From Mobula hypostoma (lineage: Eukaryota), in contig NC_086097.1 of the NCBI RefSeq assembly GCF_963921235.1, forward strand, positions 126,048,001 to 126,112,000: 64,000 bases of DNA. Reading direction: 5' to 3'. Positions 1 through 11,690 of this stretch are shown one piece after another. Position 1 is the first letter of the stretch. Every line of letters begins with the position of its first letter. The notes under the pieces are model-generated. The model was not told the DNA's origin and ran no database searches. It saw only the letters and a program-made list of their open reading frames with translations. The translations under genes were made by a program, and so were the position numbers.

Positions 1-572
1 TGATTCACAATCTAAGGACTCACTTTGAAGAACTGTACAAACTGATGTTCTCAGTATGCATGTATGTATTTAAATTTGCATGCTTTGCCTTCTTTTGCAT
101 GCTGATTGTTGTCAATGTTTGTATGTGTGTAGTTTTTCATCTATTCTATTACATTACTTTCTTCTACTATGAATGCCTGCAAGATAATGAATTGCAGGGT
201 AGCTTATGGTGTCATAAGTGTACGTCAGTAATAAATTTAGTCTGAGCTTTCTTTATTTTCCTGTGAATGCCTGCAAAAAAATTAACGTCAAGGTAGTACA
301 TGGTGACAACTACGTATTTTGTTAATTTATTTTGAACTTTGTAAAGTACGTTGAAAAGTGAATCCCTCTTTCTCTGCTCAGATTCTTTCCTCTCCTTTTC
401 ATCAGTGTCCACATGTTGAATGCTGAGAAACTATGGCTCTACAGGAGCAAGAAGTCTTGGATCTGATGACTCAGTACAACTCACATTTACCTAGGGCACC
501 AGTGCAAAGCCAGTCTTCATTAGGTTTTATCTACCATTCTTAATAGATTTAACTGCTACAAAAGTTACTTAC

Positions 573-812
573 AAGAAGGGGCAACGTGTGGAGATCTTTA
601 GAAATGGACGGTAAACTATCCTCGGATTCTTCAGATACATCGGAGGCCGGTGTTAGTGGTCTCAGATCGGTGTACCTTCTGCCGTCTGACTTCCAGCTGC
701 AGCTCATTGACACGAGTGCTTCGACAGCCTCAATGTCCCCTTGTTCCGTTCGGCTGCCCCAGTAACACTTACTGTCTCTGCGTGCTCCGAAGCCCATCTC
801 CATCCTTTCTTC
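573..812 (-). CDS. KLF10: Krueppel-like factor 10 (TIEG1), exon 2 (N-terminal repression region with the mSin3A-interaction helix); downstream exons lie left of the window
   Basis: Translates EERMEMGFGARRDSKCYWGSRTEQGDIEAVEALVSMSCSWKSDGRRYTDLRPLTPASDVSEESEDSLPSISKDLHTLPLL. This matches the recalled human KLF10 exon 2 (EERMEM...DFEAVEALMSMSCSWKSD...RPVTPVSD). Acceptor ttttctcttaacag|G at 813-815, donor |gtaagt at 572-567; 240 nt, phase 0/0. Confidence 0.93.
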
Positions 813-1949
813 CTGTTAAGAGAAAACTCACACTGAGTCCTGGTTTAACTGATGGTGTAGATTAGCGGTTCCCTCTTTCTCCAAAAATTTAACAAGATTA
901 GCTTCATTTGTCACATGTACCTGGAAGCATATAATGGAATGTATCACTTGCGTCAATTCAGGGGATTGCGCTGGGGCCAGTGCACAAGTCCCACCATGCT
1001 TCAGGCAGCAACATAGCCCGTCCAGAACTTACTAACTCTAACCTGTATGCTCTTGGAATGTGGGAGGAAACCAGACAACCTGGGGAAACCCCATGCACTT
1101 ACAGGGAGGATATTCAAATTCCTAACAGACAGCAGGGAGGTTGGGGATGGGGGGATTTTGCCCCAGTCGCTGGCACCGTAAAACTTTTAACTAACCACTG
1201 TGCTGCTGTGCCACCTCCCCTCCCCCCACCCCGGTAAATCAATGCTCGAGGTGTCACTCTTCTGAAACTTGTTGGTCTGCCGACAAGTCAAGATGGCTGT
1301 TGAGGAATGCTGCCGACTGGCACATTCAAAGCTGTAACAGTACTTGCTGAAGGACGCACTGAAACTCGTTATAGCTACCGCAAAGGCTCAGTGGAGAAGG
1401 ACTGTAGTGCAGGGTTCTTCTGCTACTGGAGACGGAGGGGCTGGGGAGGGTGAGGAAGCCCCTCAGTTATTGTAGTAGTGTACCACTCCAGGGGGTCTAC
1501 ACATTCTGGCATTAACACAGAATGCCCCACAATGTTCGGCAGAACAACAGTAATCTTGAAACTAACAGAATTACGATCACTGGATCCGAAGTGTTCCCCT
1601 TCACACATTTCTGTCACCTGCCCTGTCTCGTTCCCTAAAAAGGACATCCAATATCATGCTCTCTCTAGTTGGGACCTTTATTTATTGATTAAGGAAACTT
1701 TCCTGAACACAAACTCTATCCCATCCAGCCCTTTTACAGTATGGAATCTTGATCAATATCTGGAAAGTTAAAATCACCTACTATCACAATCTTATTTTCC
1801 TTGTAACTATGTGATATTTCTCCACAAATTTCAAATCTCCTTTAAATCCCGCTGTTAGGAATATATTCCATTAATGTAGTCATTTCTTTCTCATTTCTCA
1901 GTTGCATCCATATTGCCTCAGTAGACAAGTTCCCTCGTCTGTCCTGACT

Positions 1950-2815
1950 GAGCACTTTCGCTGACTGCTAATGCCACCCCTTCCCCTTTAAAACCTCTCC
2001 TTCCATCATGTCAAAAGCAACGGAAACCCTGGAACATTCAGCTGCCAATCCTGCCCCTCCAGCAACCAAGTCTCAATATAATTCCACACACTGATCCATA
2101 CTCGAAGTTCATTTGCCTTGTCCACAACACTGTATTGAAATAGATGCAACTCAAGAGTATGAGTCCCAGTATGCCCAACATTCAGGTCCCTGTCTTTGTA
2201 TGCAAGCTTAACAACATCTTCCCCACCACCACTCCACTATCTGCCTTGGCACTCTGGTTCCCATCCCCCTGCAGCTCCAGTTTCAACCCCCTATGCAGCA
2301 GTCACAAACCTCCCTCCAAGGATATTGGTCGCCCTCCAGTTCAGGTGTAATCTGTCCCATTTGTACAGGTCCCAGTGATCCAAAATACAGGCCTCCCTCC
2401 TGCACCAACTCCTAAGCTACATGTTAAACTATTAGCTTCCTATTTCTGGCCTCACTAGCATGTGGCACAGGTAGCAATCCCGAGTTCAGGAGGATCTGTC
2501 CTTTTACTTAGCACCTTACTCCCTGAACTCACTTTGCAGGACCTCGTCACCCTTCCTATCTATGTCACGAGATCTGACGTGGTTGTTCACCGTCTCCCTA
2601 AAGAAAGTTGTAGACTCAGTCCGAGATGCCCCTGACACTGGCACGTGGGAGGATCATACCATCCAGGAACCTTGTTCTCGTCCACAGAATCTTCTGTCAG
2701 TTCCCCTCTCCAATAAATCTCTTATCACGACAGCTAAACTCTTCTATCCCCTCCCCTTCTGCGGAACAGAGCAGGAGTCAGTTCCAGATACATTACTACT
2801 ATGACCTTCCTCTGC
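1950..2815 (-). mobile_element. CR1 internal fragment (ORF1 end / endonuclease start)
   Basis: Reverse complement resembles 29000-29830 of the long CR1 (for example LVAGGAGLAAECS / gcaggattggcagctgaatgttccaggg). Confidence 0.7.
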
Positions 2816-2853
2816 TAGGAATAAAGCAGTGAAAGGTTTACACAGCCACCATA

Positions 2854-3390
2854 CACTCTGCAGACACTTTATTAGCTACACCTGCTCATTAATACAAATA
2901 CCTAATCAGCCAATCATGTGGCAACAACTTAATGCATAAAGGCATGCAGAAATGGTCAAGAGGTTCAGTTCTTGTTTAACCAAACATCAGAATGGGGAAG
3001 AAATGTGATCTAAGCGATTGTTGGTGGCAGACAGGGTGGTTTAATTATCTCAGAAACTTATTATCTCCTCGGATTTTCACACACGACAGCCTCTAGAGTT
3101 TACAGAGAATGATGCAAAAAACAGAAAAAAAAATCCAGAGAGCATCAGTTCTGTGGGTGAAAATGCCTTGTTAATGAGAGAGGTCAGAGGAGAATGGCCA
3201 AACTGCTTCAAGCTGACAGGAAAGCGACAGTAACTCAAATAACCACACATTACAACAATGGTGTGCAGAAGAGCATCTCTGAACACACACGTTGAACCTT
3301 AAAGTGGGCGGGCTGTAGCAGAAGTCCACAAACCTACTCAGCGCCCACATTACTGGGCACAGGTGGTACCTAATAAAGTGGCCACAGCAT
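2854..3390 (+). mobile_element. Non-autonomous Tc1/mariner-derived family; other copies at 11638-14030 (split), 14888-15442, 18940-19300 and 33555-33990
   Basis: TIR-like cact.agtggccactttattaggtac at the ends; encodes transposase N-terminal remnants ([10 protein letters not shown]...[17 protein letters not shown]). Confidence 0.8.
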
Positions 3391-5454
3391 ATAACTATGG
3401 ACATGGGAATTCATAGTGGGATTAAAAAAACAAGCTTGTATTAAGAAGAATTTGTAATTCTAACATGTTAATAATGAATAAAGTAATCCAAATAATGAAA
3501 AAATTGACACACAGTTTAAAAAAAAAGAATTTCTTACCCATAATTCTGTTTCATAATTTCAAAATGATGAGACAGCCCTCTCTTTTCTATACTTAGAATC
3601 CTCACGGTCGGTTGGAAGCCGGTGAGCAGTACTCAGAGCACAAATCACACGTACCTCTATAGACCCTGACTAATTCACAAGTGAGGTTGCACATAGAATT
3701 GCTCTGGGTAATGTTCAAGTTGGGCTTAGTGTGATTCATACTTCAGGGAAAGTTACTGTTTGACTGTACATGGAGTTAAAGGGAACCAACAAGCTGATGG
3801 ACTTTCTGGTGACAGCAATTTTTACTGTAATAAAACAAAACCCTGAGGCAGAAAGTCAGTAGTACCTTTTGAGCCATAGGCAGGGTCAGCAAGTATAACA
3901 TTAAAAAAAAATGATGATCTTAAGAGGTTAGTTCTCTTTAATCCCAATCTTTGACAGAAGATTTGCTTTGAAAATAGAAAATGCTGCTCGAATGTCTTTC
4001 ACATTTATGAATATTTCCCAAATGCTCCCCTGGTGTTTAACTGTTTGTCACATAGGAGTAACACATGACAACACTTTGACCATTCTCAGTCCTTGGTCTG
4101 TAAAGGAGGCACACTTGTAGAATATCGCAACTGGATCCCATCCGACTCTACGGGGAGGCACACAAATTCAGCTATATTAAGAGTGATGAGTAGAATGGAG
4201 CATACCAAATGGACGGCTCTTCAGAGCAAGATTCACTTATTTATCACATATACATCAAACGTACAGTGAAATGTGCTGTTTGCGTTTACAATCCACACAA
4301 TCTAGGATTGTGTAACTATTGCCACACATTCCAGCGCTAACGTAGCCTGCCCATAATCATCATCAGAACAGATCCTATCAATTACACAGCTACACAGCTA
4401 ATACCTTCATGCCATGGGCTTTTAACTAACGGTTCACTGAATATAAAGCTGCACAACCAGGAAAGAGAAGTAATTCAAAACAGCTAAATTGCATCAGAGT
4501 CAGAAAGCTGCAAATTAAAGACTCCTTCTTGGGAAAAATCTCTGCTTCGGTGCAGAATTGACAAAGAGCTGAACGAGTGATGATGCTGCCGTTAGGATGC
4601 AACGTTGATCCAAGTCCAATTCACTCCGTCCACCACAACTAAGGGATTTCCGGGTGGCCGCCTATTTTAACTCTACTTCCCATTCCCACAGGATGATCCA
4701 TGTCTTCCTCGACTGCCACAATGAGGGCACTCTCAGGTTGGAGGAGCAGCACCTCATATTCCAACCGCATAGCCTCCAACCTGACAGCATGAACATCAAT
4801 TCCAGTAATTCCTACCTCTCTCCCTTCTCTCTTTTTACATTCCCCATTCTGGTTCCCCTCTCACCCCTCTCCGCTGGTGCCCCTCCTCCTTTTCTTTCTC
4901 CCTTGGGCCACTCCCCTCTCCATCAGTTTCTTTCTTCAGCACTTTACCTTTTCCACCTATCACCACCCAGCCTCTCCACCCATTTACTTTCTCCCTCATC
5001 TGGCGAACTTTATTCCTTCCTCTCCCCCACCTTCTGAAGACTCTTGGCCAAAAGCATCAGCTGTTTATTCCTCTCCATAGGTGCTGCCGCACCTCCTGAG
5101 TTCTTCTGGCATATTGTGTGTGTGTTGCTCCGGATTTCCAGCATCTGCAGAATCTCATGCGAACAGTCATATCTTTCCTGTCTTGTGCTCATCAGTACAT
5201 TCCACTTACTCAGTGGAGTACATGTTTTGGCCTGCTCGACAATGGTTGATTCTCCAGCGTAATGAAGTGCCTGACAATGAATGCTGCCAGCTGGCACATT
5301 CCAGGGTGCAGAGGAGTTGCACAGAGTCTGGGTACAACTCCACAAAGGCTCTGAGGGGAAGGGCCATGGTGTAGGGTCTGCTTGCTAATGGACACTGAAT
5401 GGCTGGGTCCCATGTAACAACCCTCAAACACTTTAGGGGTCAACCAGGAAGAAT

Positions 5455-5810
5455 ATAAGACATAGAGCAGGATTAAGCCATTCGGCCCATCAAATCTGCT
5501 TCACCATTCTATCATGGCTGATTTATTATCCCTCCTAACCCCATTCTGCTGCCTTCTCCCTGTAACCTATGACCTCTAGTTCTAGACTCCCCTACTATAG
5601 AGAACATCTCTCCATCTCTAGGCCTTTCAAAAAGATTTGACAAAATACCCCCCTCGTTCTTCCAAACTCCAGCAAGTACAGGCCCAGAGGCTAAAAATCC
5701 TCATATATTAACCCTTTCACTCCCAGACTAAATCTGGTGAACCTCCCCTGGCCCTTCTTCAACGCCAGCACTTCCTTTCATAGATAAGAGACCCAAGGCT
5801 GTTCCAAGTG
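5455..5810 (-). mobile_element. CR1 3' fragment
   Basis: Tail ataagacatagagcaggattaagccattcggccc; reverse complement contains ctgggcctgtacttgctggagtttgga. Confidence 0.7.
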
Positions 5811-6282
5811 CGTTGTTAGTTTGGTGGTATAAAGATGTGTACTAATTTTATTGTATTATCTATGTTTTAGGAATAAAGTATTAAGGGCACTACAGCACAT
5901 TATTCGACCCGCATCTGGACCATAGTCCTCCATACTCCTCCCCTCCATGTACTTAATAGCGTCATAGAGCACATTACAATAAAAATCTAAAGTAATAAAG
6001 AAAATGCATTTTGTTAACTCTGCCGGCTGTTTTTATGGATCGGTGGTCATGTAGCCCGAACCTAATTTCCTCTCGTTTACTGTGCCTTTTCCCACCTCGC
6101 CCAATACACGCCCTCTTCCTCTCCCAGTCCCCACAAACCTTTCGCATTCTTCAATATTTTAAGAGTCCTAGTATTAGAATTTCTTGGCAGCGTTATAGCA
6201 CAAAGTCAGTCACCTCGCTTTTAGTTCAGGTTTATATCAATTACAGAGATGTGGTTTGTAGAGGGAGAGGATAAGGAATGCA

Positions 6283-7700
6283 GACGTCCACGCAGGCAGT
6301 CTCGGGCGCTATTCTACTCACTAGCCAGCTCGAAGAGACTTGATAAGCCGAGGAGGGGTGAGACGGAGTGAGGCGAGGTGAGGACGGCCCCCACCCGCGG
6401 GAGCCGCGAAGTCGGCGCAGGCTCGGGCTGGGCCGTGCGCGAACTTGAACCAGTCACCGCGGCAACCTTTCACCCACTTTCCAGACAAGCTCCGACACAG
6501 CCTTTTCCCCTCCCCCGAGCGAACAAGGCAGAGAATAGGCGGCGGCGTCACTTGCATCAGTGTTCCCAGGGAAAACCCGGCGCAGGACAGGGCAAAGAAC
6601 TATTTTACCAAATTACAAAGGGAAAAAAAAACAAACTTCCCCTCATCGACACGTAATTGTGCCCGAACCAAGCAACCGCGTTCAATTTAAAGCGACCGCC
6701 GGTTTATTCCCAATGAGACTGGGTGGGGGTGGCGGGGGGGGGGGAGGGAAGATGAAATCACCAAGCAGCTTTTTCTTAAAACGAACATTGCTGCTCAGAG
6801 GGTTGTGTTAGCATTGCTGTTCCGTTAGAATGAAACACTTACCCAGTGCTTCGCCACACGTATGCAGAATGGACTTGGTGAAAATCTATCTGATTCCGCC
6901 CCCCAAAAAAGCGGCACGAGCCTGTCCCCGGGCACACCACTAAAGCGATCCGCTGAGAAGGGCTGGAGGCTGTTAAATGCACCCGGTAAGAGAAGGGATA
7001 CTCACACGCTTCCCGAATCCTGGCTCTCGGCGACGAAACTCGTGAATCGGACGCAGACGCGTTCACAGCAGCGGCGCCGCACGGACACAGTGAGCCGCTT
7101 TTCGCAGCTGTTGACACCGGCTCGCCAGGCCCCGCCCCGCTCAGCGCTCCATTCAGGTGGAGCGCGCGCGGGGGCGGGGCCGCGGGCCCCGGGCGCCGGC
7201 CAATCAGGCACAAAGGTGTGCGGCGCAGCGGCCAATGGCAGGGCGCGGGCTGCGTGATCAGCGGCTGGTGGCTGGCATGACCGGGTGCTGGATACGGCGT
7301 TGATGCGCGGTTCGCGGGCGGTGAGTTGAGTGTGTGACCGAGGGTGGCTCCTGGAAAGTCCTGACTCACAAACTCGCACTTGGAGCAGCAGTGCGTGACT
7401 CATCAGTCGCGATACATCACAGAAGCAAACAAACAACCGGAGACGTGCAGGGAATCAGAACTTTATGATGTTATTTATGCAATTGTACGTGATGATGAGA
7501 TCTGGCTCCGGAGAAAAGGAAACCGCAAAGATTGTCGCGAAATTACATTGCACACCTATAAGATAGGATAGGACACGAAGTTTATTTTGCGGTGCTCCGT
7601 GACTAAAGTCAATTGGACCAGTGCGGACATTCGGCCACCTTTGAACCAGGCACCAAGGCCGTGCATTGGCAGGGCGTTGGCTACCCGGTTGCTAATTGAT
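6283..7700 (-). promoter_or_regulatory. KLF10: CpG island / KLF10 promoter and probable first exon
   Basis: The only strongly CpG-rich segment in the window. GC boxes at 7131-7140 and 7171-7180, CCAAT at 7200-7204 and 7232-7236, TGACTCA at 7362-7368 and 7396-7402. Minus-strand donor motifs: GTAAGT (6842-6837), GTGAGT (7005-7000 and 6321-6316). Confidence 0.8.
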
Positions 7701-8045
7701 GGCTCACTGTTGCCCCCAAATCTCAAGAGTGATAGCACTCTCCATTATTGAAGATGTGATTTGCAAAGAGCCAAAAAGAAAATGAAATGAAATCACAAAC
7801 AAGAGAAAATCTGCAGATGCTGGAAATCCAAGCAACACACACAAAATGCTGGAGGAACTCAGCAAATGAAGTGCAATTGCGCTTCAGAAACGGAAGAGGT
7901 GCTTGATAACCTTGTTGCCCTGACTCTGGAAAGGTCGACTGTCCATTCCTCGCCACAGACGCTGCTTGGCCTGCAGTGTTCCCTCAGCGTTTTGTGTGTG
8001 TTGACTAATCTTGGTTCTTTGAGGATGGATTGGCAGGTTGCATGC

Positions 8046-8985
8046 TAGATTTGACAATATGGTCGAATGGTGCCATAACAACAAACCCTCATTCAATGTC
8101 AGCAAAACCAAAGAGCAGGTTATCGAATATAGGAAGAAGAAACTGGAGGTCCATGATCCATTCCTTATTTGGGGGATTGGAGGAGGAGGGAACTTTAAAT
8201 TCCTTGGCCTTATCTGTCCTGGAACCAGTACATAAGTGTCATCACAAAAAAAGGTACAACACCTCTGTTGTCTTAGATGTTTGTGCAGATTTGGCATGTC
8301 ATCTAAAACTGTGACAGACCTCTATAGATGCACAGTTGGGAGTTAACTGGTTTCATCACAGCCTGGTTTGGAAACACCAATTCTGGGAACACCTACAAAA
8401 ACTGTTGGACACAGCCCAGTCCACCACAGGCAATGCCCTTCCATCACTGAGCACATCTGCAGGGAATGCTGCCACACGAAGCCAGGCCCCTCACCATCCA
8501 GGCCATGCTCTCTTATCACTGTTGCCATTAGAAAGGAGGTACAGGAGCCTTAGGTCCCACGCCCACCAGGTTCAGGAACAGTTATTATCCTTCAGCCATC
8601 AGGCTCCTGAACCAGAGTGGATAACTTCACTCACCTCAACTGTGAACTGATTACACAATCTACAGAAACAAGAGGAAAAACTTCAAATGTTAGAAATGCG
8701 AGCAACACACACAAAATGCTGGAGGAACTCAGCATTCTGTGTGTGTTCCAGAACCTACAGACTCACTTTCAAGGACTCTGCATCTCATGTTCTCTGTATT
8801 ATTTATTTGTTTTTTATTTCCACAGTTCGTCTTCTTTTGCACATTGGTTGTTTGTCAGTCTTTGTATGGAATTTGTCATTGTTTCCACTGTATTTTTTCT
8901 GTTCTGCTCTGATTACCTAGCAAGAAAATGAATCTCAGGGTAGTATATGGTGAAATACAGTATATGTTCTTTGATAATAATTTCC
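8046..8985 (+). mobile_element. Rex1/Babar-like LINE 3' fragment with 3' UTR; related pieces at 1-345, 19320-20520, 22830-23300, 40820-41100, 46530-46760, 52020-52205 and 62870-63520
   Basis: VEWCHNNKPSFNVSKTKEQVIEYRKK and FKFLG RT C-terminal motifs. The tail aagaaaatgaatctcagggtagtatatggtga...ttgataataa recurs across the window. Confidence 0.7.
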
Positions 8986-9140
8986 TCCTGCTGGAAGTGT
9001 GCTGCATCAGGGGGCACAGCCATCTATGAATGAGATGAGGAGAAGTGTCTTCACTCAGAAGACATTGACCCTGTTGAATACTCCACCCTGAGTGGATACA
9101 GAATTCAATAATTTTGTCGATTTAAAAGAAACATTGATAT

Positions 9141-9718
9141 AGAAACATAGAAAACCTACAACGCAGTACAGGCCTTTCAGCCCACAAAGTTGTGCTGAAC
9201 ATGTCCCTACCATAGAAATTACCTAGGGTTACCCATAGCCCTCTATTTTTCTGAGCTTCATGTACCTGTCCAGGAGTCTCTTAAAAGATCCTATCGTTTC
9301 TGCCTCCACCACGGTTGCTGGCAGCCCATTCCATGCACTCACCACTCTCTGTGTAAAAAACTTACCCCTCACATCTCCCCCGTACCTGCTCCCAAGCACC
9401 TTAAACCTGTGCCCTCTTATGGCAGCCATTTCAGCCCTGGTAAAAAGCCTCTGACTATCCACACGATCAATGCCTCTCATCATCTTATACACCTCTATCA
9501 GGTCACCTCTCATCCTCCTTCGCTCCAAGGAGAAAAGACTGAATTCACTCAACCTATTCTCATAAGGCATGCTCCCCAATCCAGGCAACATCCATGTAAA
9601 TCTCCTCTGCGCCCTTTCTATGGTTTCCACATCCTTCCTGTAGTGAGGCGACCAGAGGTGATCACAGTACTCTAGGTGGGGTCTGACCAGGGTCCTATAT
9701 AGCTGCAAATATATCTGC
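9141..9718 (-). mobile_element. Relatively young CR1 3' fragment inserted into an older plus-strand CR1 fragment
   Basis: ORF 9229-9720 (RPHLEYC...LERRRMRGDLIEVYK). 12-bp direct repeat aaacattgatat at 9129-9140 and 9719-9730; (TTTCTATG)-type tail. Confidence 0.88.
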
Positions 9719-10235
9719 AAACATTGATATCTTTCTGAAAATTAAGGGGATCGAGGAATGTTGGGGAAGTGAGGAGATCAGCATGGATTTGATGAACGGC
9801 GAAGCAGGCTCGAAGGACCAAGAAGCATATTTGGTTTCTATTTCTTATGTTTTCCTCCTCAAAACCTCCAGCAAATTAATCGAATGTGATTTTCCTCTGA
9901 TGAGAAATCACTTTGATGTCAACTCTGCTCATTCATATTATTATTTTCCAAGTGTCTTAGATATTATAACATCGATAGTTTCCATTATTTTGGCAGACAC
10001 CAATGTCAGGTGATTAAGCCAATGTTTCCCTGTTTCCTGTCTCTTCTTTCTGAATCATGCATCCCTGGGATCAGCAGGAACTTTTCCAGAAACTGTAGAG
10101 CATCTCGATAGCCACCTCCTTGGAATGCCTGTCCTTCACTGGGTCTGATCATATATTAATCTCTAACCCATTGGCTGAAGTTCCTGCTGTTTACACCCCC
10201 GTGGATAAGCCTGGAAATACGTATTGCAGTGGCTA

Positions 10236-10950
10236 CATAAAACATAGAACACTACACCACAGTATAGGGCTTTTGGCCTATGATACTGTGCCAAGCTTGT
10301 AACCTACTCAAAGATCAATCTAACCCTTCCCTCCATTTTTCTGTTATCCATTTGCCTATCTATGAGTTTTGTAAATGTTTCTCATGTATCTGCCTCTACC
10401 ATGACCCCTGGCAGCACGTTCCACACACTCACCGATATCTGTAAAAAAGCCTACCCCTGACATCCGTCCCCATACCTTCCTTCAATGTTGTCCCCTCATG
10501 TTAGCCATTTCCACCTTAGGATAAAATCTCAGGCCATCCACTTCGTCTATCATCTTATCCATCTCTATTGAATCTCATTGTGCTTTGCCCCAAAGAGAAA
10601 AGCCCCAGCTCACTCAGCCTGTCCTCATCAGACATGCTCTCAAATCCATAATTCCCGGATTCCAGTAATCCAGGTAGATTCCTTTGCACCCTCTCAAAAG
10701 GTTACACATCCTTCCTATAATGAGGCAACCAGAAATAAACACAATATTCCAAGTGTGGTCCATCCAGTGTTTTATAGACCTACAGCATTACTTTGTGGCT
10801 CTTGAACTCAACCTCCTGACAAATGAAGGTCAACACACCACACTTAACAACCTGAAAACTCTGAGGGATCTATGGACAAGGACCCCAAGATCCCTCTGTT
10901 TCTCCACACTGCTGAGGATCCTGCATTCTGCCTTCAAATTTAACTTTCCA
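10236..10950 (-). mobile_element. CR1 3' fragment
   Basis: Tail cataaaacatagaac; similar to 17430-18030 and 34985-35760. Confidence 0.75.
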
Positions 10951-11219
10951 AAGGCAACGCAATGGACTTCATCTGTAAGTCTGCATGCACTGCTATCTAC
11001 CCCCTTACATATAAAAGCTGCTCAGTAACTCCCTGTGTGAATACTTGGCTATCTCTCCACCTTCCTTTATTTACCTCTCTTTTATCTCCCTAGCTGAATG
11101 AACTGCCTTCTCCTCATTGGCTACGTACATGGCCTTCTGTTCCCCTGCCGTTCTTTAATACTATAGCCCTAGCTCAGTGCACTGTGCTCTGTTTGCACCT
11201 CCCCCATCCTGCTGCTTAT

Positions 11220-11637
11220 CCATGAGAACTTGAACTTCTGGTAATGCCCCCTCCTTTCCTTCACATTCCCCATTCCCATTTCCCTCTCTCTCCTTATCTC
11301 CTTACCTGCCCATCACCTCCCTCGGGAGCTCCCCTCCTCCTTCTCTTTCTTACATGGCCTTCTGTCCTTTCCTCAGACTCCCCCTTCTCCAACCCTTTAT
11401 CTTTTTCACCAGTCTACTTCCCAGCTCTTTACTTCACCCTCTCCCTTCCCAGTTTCACCTATCACCTTGTGTTTCTTCCTCCCTTCCCACCCCCCCCCCC
11501 ACCTTCTTGCTCTGACTTCTTATCTTTTCTTTCCAGTCCTGATGAAGGGTCTCGGCCCGAAACGGCGACTGTTTACTCTTTTCCATTGATGCTGCCCGGC
11601 TTGCTGAGTTCCTCCAGCATTTTGTGTGTGTTGCTGA
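11220..11637 (+). mobile_element. Penelope-like element 3' end with hammerhead motif; related copies at 4620-5160, 7800-8005, 20580-20715, 25590-26110, 33660-33745, 59049-59275 and 60615-60745
   Basis: The 4620 copy encodes LRLEEQHLIFQPHSLQPDSMNI (GIY-YIG C-terminal type). A pyrimidine-rich tract is followed by cagtcCTGATGAagggtctcggcccGAAA. Confidence 0.75.
11534..11571 (+). ncRNA. Minimal type I hammerhead ribozyme motif (cleavage triplet degenerate in this copy)
   Basis: Stem I CAGTC/GACTG, core CTGATGA, stem II GGG-tctcgg-CCC, GAAA, then CGGC where CGTC is expected. Confidence 0.6.
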
Positions 11638-11690
11638 GAATCTCAGAAACTGCTGATCTCCTGGGATTTAATGCACAACAATCTCTAGAT

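Noticed and set aside
573..812. Calling the exon KLF11
   Set aside because: EERMEM and SMSCSWKSD match KLF10; the recalled KLF11 N-terminus differs.
6321..7436. Overlapping 78-176 aa ORFs on both strands
   Set aside because: They are Pro/Ala/Arg/Gly-rich by-products of the stop-poor CpG island and have no recognisable domain.
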